DNA from: a virus
Lineage: Duplodnaviria > Caudoviricetes
Virus record (IMG/VR): IMGVR_UViG_3300028833_000116
Location: 1 to 64,000 of that record
Strand: one strand, 5' to 3'
Length of the DNA: 64,000 bases
In this document: piece by piece, positions 59,938-64,000 of the stretch
How positions within the stretch are numbered: the first letter of the stretch is position 1
Layout of the letters: each line of letters starts with the position of its first letter
Notes under the pieces: generated by a model
The model's database searches: none
What the model was told of the DNA's origin: nothing
Seen by the model: only the letters and a program-made list of their open reading frames with translations
Program-made: the position numbers and the translations under genes

Positions 59938-61347
59938 AAGAAAATCAGAATTATTTTCAACACCAATCATTATTTCATTTTTATTAACAATTAAATGCGT
60001 TTCTTCTGTCGGTTTGTTAAACAATCTTTGTTGTTCTATAGTGTTTCGACAAAATATAGAAAATAATTTTATAGTTTCAGTATTAAATTGAACATTAGAT
60101 AATCTATATAGATAAGATTTTATATCTTCACATAGAGGGGAAGTAATAATAACAATATCAACATTTACACTTAGAGATTTATCTGGAGCATTAGATAAAC
60201 TAAGACAATGAATTTTATCAGCATTAAATCTTCTTTCATTAAGAGTCATTTGTGCTTTATAACCCATAGATTTTCGTTTACCTTTCTCCATACCAGTCTT
60301 AATATAGACAGGATTACCATCTATATCAACAGCAGGAATATCATCAACTTGATTGTGATAATTTCCACAAACATCATACTCTGAATTATTATTTAAATAT
60401 TCAGTTACTTTGTTAGCGAATTGACCTCGCTTGTTAATAATTAAAATCTTTTCTTTCTCATGTTCTTTTACAATTTTAAGAATTTGTTCAAGTTTACCTT
60501 CATAATCACAAACAAGAGCATTTCTATTACGAATACATTCGTATGTTTGACTTGCTCTTTCTCTTAGATTATTAGGATTATATAAATCATCTATTTGTCT
60601 ATTAAAATCATAAGACATATCAAGATGTTCATTCCATCCGTTTTCTTGAGCTATTTGAGCACAAATAGTAGCAGCAGATATATTAAGTTTCTCATTACCT
60701 ATTCTAGCTTGTTGCATAATATCAAAACTACCGAAAATATTAATAGAAGTTTCTATATATTTACAATAATATTGATATAATTTCCAATTTTCACTATCAG
60801 AAGGAATAGTGACATCTACCCACATTTCTTCTACGGGGGAGCTTACTCTCATTTCATCTAATTCAGCTTGTTTAAAACAATCTAAAAGAGGAGCACAAGA
60901 ATAAACATTTCCAGTATTTTTATCCTTAGGCAGAAATTTATTTAGAATACATAGTTTATAATGACAACTTACAAAATAAGAATGTAACTTAGCATCATAA
61001 TCATTAGAATGATAAATAATACAAAGAGTTGGAAATACAGTCCAGTTTGTATTAACAACAAAAGATTTAGTAAAAACTTTTATAAGTTTATTATCTATTA
61101 AATCTTTAAATTCTTTATTATTATCTTCATCTTCTTGATGCGTAAGAAATTCAATTATTGTTTGTCTTTCATAAAATTCTTCTACTACTATAACAGATGA
61201 TATTTTAGGATTTTTACTATATACTCTAGCTAAAACTTGATATAATAGCACTTTATCATTAAGAGGAGCTGGAACATATGCTGTTCCAATTCCACCATTA
61301 TTTCTCCAACAAAATGCCGCTTTATCAAATAATTCTTCAGCAGTCAT
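59926..61347 (-). CDS. SF2/SNF2-like helicase-fold protein with degenerate motifs
   Basis: The C-terminal lobe (KLEQIL...KILII...VDIVII...YLYRL) is helicase-like and the gene sits next to PolB. No canonical GKT or DExH is visible. Confidence 0.55.
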   Translation of the reverse strand: MTAEELFDKAAFCWRNNGGIGTAYVPAPLNDKVLLYQVLARVYSKNPKISSVIVVEEFYERQTIIEFLTHQEDEDNNKEFKDLIDNKLIKVFTKSFVVNTNWTVFPTLCIIYHSNDYDAKLHSYFVSCHYKLCILNKFLPKDKNTGNVYSCAPLLDCFKQAELDEMRVSSPVEEMWVDVTIPSDSENWKLYQYYCKYIETSINIFGSFDIMQQARIGNEKLNISAATICAQIAQENGWNEHLDMSYDFNRQIDDLYNPNNLRERASQTYECIRNRNALVCDYEGKLEQILKIVKEHEKEKILIINKRGQFANKVTEYLNNNSEYDVCGNYHNQVDDIPAVDIDGNPVYIKTGMEKGKRKSMGYKAQMTLNERRFNADKIHCLSLSNAPDKSLSVNVDIVIITSPLCEDIKSYLYRLSNVQFNTETIKLFSIFCRNTIEQQRLFNKPTEETHLIVNKNEIMIGVENNSDFLIVD

Positions 61348-61353
61348 AATACT

Positions 61354-63669
61354 TTAATCAAACATATCTTCATCAAATAACGTAAGATAATCCTTAGAAT
61401 ATTTTTGTATTAACTTTTTACCAGATTTAGTACCTTTACTCGCATTAGCTTTTGTAGTAGCACTTATACCTAGTTTAATAGGGTCTATTATTTTGTAGGC
61501 TTCAGAGTAATAGTAACCATAGTCAATATTTCTTTCTTCTATAGGCTTATCATCAAGAGAATTAAGAATTTGAACTGGAAGACCAGATGCTAATCTACTC
61601 TTTTTATGGTCATTTTTATTTTCTTTTTGAATTACCACGCCCTTAGTGGAAACATAGAATCTGACATGACGTTGAGAATGAATAGTCTTAATTTTTCCAT
61701 TTTCAACTATATCATAAACTACATCAAATTGTTTACCAACATTTTGAGTTTTACAAAAATCAAGAATATTGGTGTGTTTTTGAAGTGTTTCCATTACAGG
61801 AACATTGTGATAAAGATATTCGAAAACAGCTTTTGCTACAATAGGCATATCATAACCTTTCTTTAAATCTTTAATATATTGTTTAGGGTCTAAAGAACCT
61901 TTAGCATCAACTTTTTCATCAGGCCATACTGCAAAGTAATTATTAACATCTCTTGCAAAATATGCTTTATAATCTTCACTATCAGCACCCATTTTATTAG
62001 TTTCATTCCATCTTTTAGTAATATCATTAAATACATCTAATTTATTTTTAGGAAGTTTAATAACAATACCATCAGTGTTTGCACTTATAACATGAATGCC
62101 GTTAAGTTCTAATTCTTCAACAAGAGTCATAGTCATTAATTGACCATTAATAGTAACTTGAAGCTGAGCAAATCTATCATATAGAAAGAATAGTTCAGAA
62201 CCAAATTTACCATAAATGGAATTAACAACAATCTTTAATGCTTCAGCAGCAATTTTATTAAGAACTCCAGGAATTACGTATCCATCTTCATCTTTAGTAT
62301 GTTTACATTTTACACGAGTATCTCTAAAATATTTAACCATCTCAACAAAAACTTTATTATTGAGATGCTTTGGTGCTATACTATAACTTACAACAATACT
62401 AGGATAATATGAGTTATAATCGAAATGCTTATAAATGTAATTATCATCAGATATAAGAATTACAGGATTATCTTGAGTATGAATACCTCCACAAGCTAGA
62501 GTATATGTAGTACCATAAAAAGTAATTTCTCTACAAAAATCATCTTTATTTGTATGATACACATAAACTTTCTTCATATCTTCAAGTAAGGCTTGAAGTT
62601 CAGGAGTTTTAAACTTAATATGAGGAAAGATAATCTTATTAAAACTAAGACGAGTTCTTTCAGTACGACCTTTCTCAAATTGCTTTGGAGATAGTCCACT
62701 CATTTTAGAGTAAAATGCAGTAGTAAGTTTATCTGCAATATTTGCTCTAGAACTACATAATACGTTTACACCAAAAGCATTAGTAATAGAATAACGGAGT
62801 TTAATCTCATCAGGCTTTTGACGAGCCATTTCACAGACAAGAAACACATCATTCTTATTATAATAAAGCATTGGTTCAACATATTTTGGAAGAATATATC
62901 TTTCAAAATCATTAGTAATAAGAGAATTTAATTCATCAAGAGTTAAACCTCTATAATTATCTAAATGTTTCCAATAAAGATTATACTCTTCTTCATCTAT
63001 AGGAGGAAGTTTAAAATCAAGTAATTCATGCCATTTAAGATTAATAGAAGTCTGTTTAAGACTCTTACCAAATTTATTTCGGTTACCTTCTTTATCAACT
63101 ACTACATTAGCAGAATGAAGACCGAAAACTTGTTGAAGGTCAACAGTAGCATATGGAAGTTTATAATGCCTAATTAACTCTAGTTCTTTATCACCATAAA
63201 ATGCATCTTTATCACTTTGTAAATCAATTACTTTATTATTAAGACCTTTAAGATACTTAATTAAAGATTTTGTCGTATCATAACGATTAAAATGCATCAT
63301 AAAACCTTTTATCATAAGGTCATCATAACCTTGATTATTAAAACCAAATAAATCAGTTCTAACAGGAGTTTGAGCGACACAGCCGTTATCATCAATTTTA
63401 GTATCATAGTGGTCTTTCATATTGTTTATAAAAGCAACTAATTCTAATAATTGACTATCGTCTGTGTCGCTTATCCGAAAGATTTTACTTTCTACAATAT
63501 CAAGTCTAGATTTAATCTCAGCAACAGATAGTTTCTCTGTTAAAGGAACAGGATTACCTTTATCATCAACACAATCTGCAAATACTTGCATATAATGTTT
63601 CAAATTAACAAAAGTGACGCTGAAAAGATTTCTAAATATTTCAACATCCATTCCCCAAGAATTAATCAT
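61354..63669 (-). CDS. Family B DNA polymerase
   Basis: ExoI MDVE, ExoII GFNNQGYD, ExoIII YNKND, motif A FDYNSYYPS, motif B KIVVNSIYGK, motif C ANTDG. Confidence 0.92.
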   Translation of the reverse strand: MINSWGMDVEIFRNLFSVTFVNLKHYMQVFADCVDDKGNPVPLTEKLSVAEIKSRLDIVESKIFRISDTDDSQLLELVAFINNMKDHYDTKIDDNGCVAQTPVRTDLFGFNNQGYDDLMIKGFMMHFNRYDTTKSLIKYLKGLNNKVIDLQSDKDAFYGDKELELIRHYKLPYATVDLQQVFGLHSANVVVDKEGNRNKFGKSLKQTSINLKWHELLDFKLPPIDEEEYNLYWKHLDNYRGLTLDELNSLITNDFERYILPKYVEPMLYYNKNDVFLVCEMARQKPDEIKLRYSITNAFGVNVLCSSRANIADKLTTAFYSKMSGLSPKQFEKGRTERTRLSFNKIIFPHIKFKTPELQALLEDMKKVYVYHTNKDDFCREITFYGTTYTLACGGIHTQDNPVILISDDNYIYKHFDYNSYYPSIVVSYSIAPKHLNNKVFVEMVKYFRDTRVKCKHTKDEDGYVIPGVLNKIAAEALKIVVNSIYGKFGSELFFLYDRFAQLQVTINGQLMTMTLVEELELNGIHVISANTDGIVIKLPKNKLDVFNDITKRWNETNKMGADSEDYKAYFARDVNNYFAVWPDEKVDAKGSLDPKQYIKDLKKGYDMPIVAKAVFEYLYHNVPVMETLQKHTNILDFCKTQNVGKQFDVVYDIVENGKIKTIHSQRHVRFYVSTKGVVIQKENKNDHKKSRLASGLPVQILNSLDDKPIEERNIDYGYYYSEAYKIIDPIKLGISATTKANASKGTKSGKKLIQKYSKDYLTLFDEDMFD

Positions 63670-63689
63670 AGCCTTAATATTATGGTGAT

Positions 63690-63920
63690 TTACATATATT
63701 GTTTAAGAGTTCTAGCAGACATACTACCAGTATGTTTATGACCGCGCTTTCTAAGAAAGTTCTTAACAGTTCGATACTTATCAGTATTTTCCCTATTTCC
63801 CATAGTGATATAATCACCTTCTAAATTAGTTGGAACAAAACCTGAAGTAGTACCTTCTCCTTTAAAACCTTGTTTATTGCGACGTCTAATTCTAGCACTA
63901 AGACTTTTATTGTATTCCAT
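63690..63920 (-). CDS. Small basic hypothetical protein
   Basis: 76-aa ORF. Confidence 0.65.
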   Translation of the reverse strand: MEYNKSLSARIRRRNKQGFKGEGTTSGFVPTNLEGDYITMGNRENTDKYRTVKNFLRKRGHKHTGSMSARTLKQYM

Positions 63921-64000
63921 ATTGTTTTTCTAAATTATTTAAATTATCAATTTCATTATTTTTACAATTACCATATTTACTATATATTATAAGTTTAATA

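Larger units (their letters stand above)
2323..60841. repeat. Dispersed G5 motif family, consensus (ACATTT)CTTCTACGGGGGAG(C/G)T
   Basis: Exact TCTACGGGGGAG copies. Forward (14-mer start): 2323, 10905, 16261, 21076, 28903, 35597, 46709, 51880, 60828. Reverse (CTCCCCCGTAGA): 13737, 21351, 31271, 38867, 48137, 51755, 56108. Variants: 10613, 14272, 14331, 33038, 33664, 48063, 54962. Confidence 0.95.

Noticed and set aside
2323-60841. G5 motif as a CRISPR repeat or 16S primer (CCTACGGGAGG) contamination
   Set aside because: Copies are dispersed rather than arrayed, keep reading frames intact, show natural variants, and differ from the primer sequence.
61354-63669. Introns or inteins in PolB, primase or RNAP
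   Set aside because: The ORFs are continuous with motifs at normal spacing, and no intein or homing-endonuclease motifs were recognised.
1-64000. Stop-codon reassignment (TAG or TGA), known in some crAss-like lineages
   Set aside because: ORFs up to 4626 aa are open in the standard code, genes tile densely, TGA/TAG serve as real stops (ATGA overlaps), and no suppressor tRNA was seen.

Overview
This window is about two thirds of a crAss-like (Crassvirales) phage genome. It is AT-rich (roughly 30% GC by eye), uses the standard genetic code, and has Bacteroidetes-type TAnnTTTG promoters. The + strand (1-46286) carries the late/virion module: ring and auxiliary capsid-like proteins, collagen and tail-fibre proteins, an accessory block at about 8.4-14.0 kb, tail tubular and stabilisation proteins, cargo proteins, a 2366-aa zincin-motif protein and a 4626-aa virion RNA polymerase with a DFDID motif. 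The - strand (46572-63920) carries the replication/nucleotide module: PolB, a degenerate SF2 helicase, an annealing protein, an SSB-like protein, primase, ATP-dependent ligase, ThyX, Gp157, DUF932, dUTPase and a thioredoxin. Two non-genic signals stand out. (1) A GC-rich motif, TCTACGGGGGAG, occurs in 16 exact and about 7 near-exact copies in both orientations and is written into coding sequences in several reading frames. (2) A ~115-bp element occurs four times in the same orientation, has a conserved core AGCYTATTASTTMATCA on a covarying hairpin, and one copy is hidden inside a gene. Other observations are strong GATC avoidance, a TTTAAC element exactly 38 nt upstream of four promoters, and a self-contained cassette of unknown function at 10.1-14.0 kb. 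Gene calls come from motifs and recalled gene order; no searches were run.
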